In this document: piece after piece, positions 63,918 through 64,000 of the stretch
Layout of the letters: each line of letters opens with the position of its first letter
Position numbering within the stretch: position 1 is the stretch's first letter
Assembly (NCBI GenBank): GCA_951406725.2
Contig: OX597835.1
Location: forward strand, 41,726,001 to 41,790,000
Length of the DNA: 64,000 nt
Direction: 5' to 3'
Source of the DNA: Octopus vulgaris
Lineage: Eukaryota
The notes under the pieces: generated by a model
What the model was told of the DNA's origin: nothing
Database searches by the model: none
The model's input: only the letters and a program-made list of their open reading frames with translations
Made by a program: the position numbers and the translations under genes

Positions 63918-64000
63918 CGTGACCAACCAGACTATCAGATGTTGCTACACATCGCTGGTCACAATGCGCTTCGCATTGTTTTAGCCTTCAAATGACGCCA

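Overview
AT-rich, repeat-dense eukaryotic DNA. The SINE/LINE repertoire and microsatellite load suggest an octopus-type cephalopod genome (inference). The right half (34455-62397, minus strand) holds the last 8 coding exons of a spliced gene encoding a multi-pass membrane region, a RING-CH (RINGv) finger and two more TM helices; all exon junctions are GT-AG and phase-consistent. The left third contains two decayed R2-type retrotransposons outside rDNA (one ending in ~46 bp of the 28S R2 target sequence), Gypsy, Tx1/L1, RTE and Penelope-like fragments and solo LTRs. These are embedded in a ~17 kb patchwork of diverged, same-strand, coding-like repeats of an unidentified protein. Several short fold-back elements carry type I hammerhead ribozyme motifs, two with a non-canonical CCGANGA core. 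Helitron-like, Merlin-like and mariner relics, SINEs and long microsatellites are also present. All alignments and coordinates were read by eye; boundaries of decayed elements are approximate.
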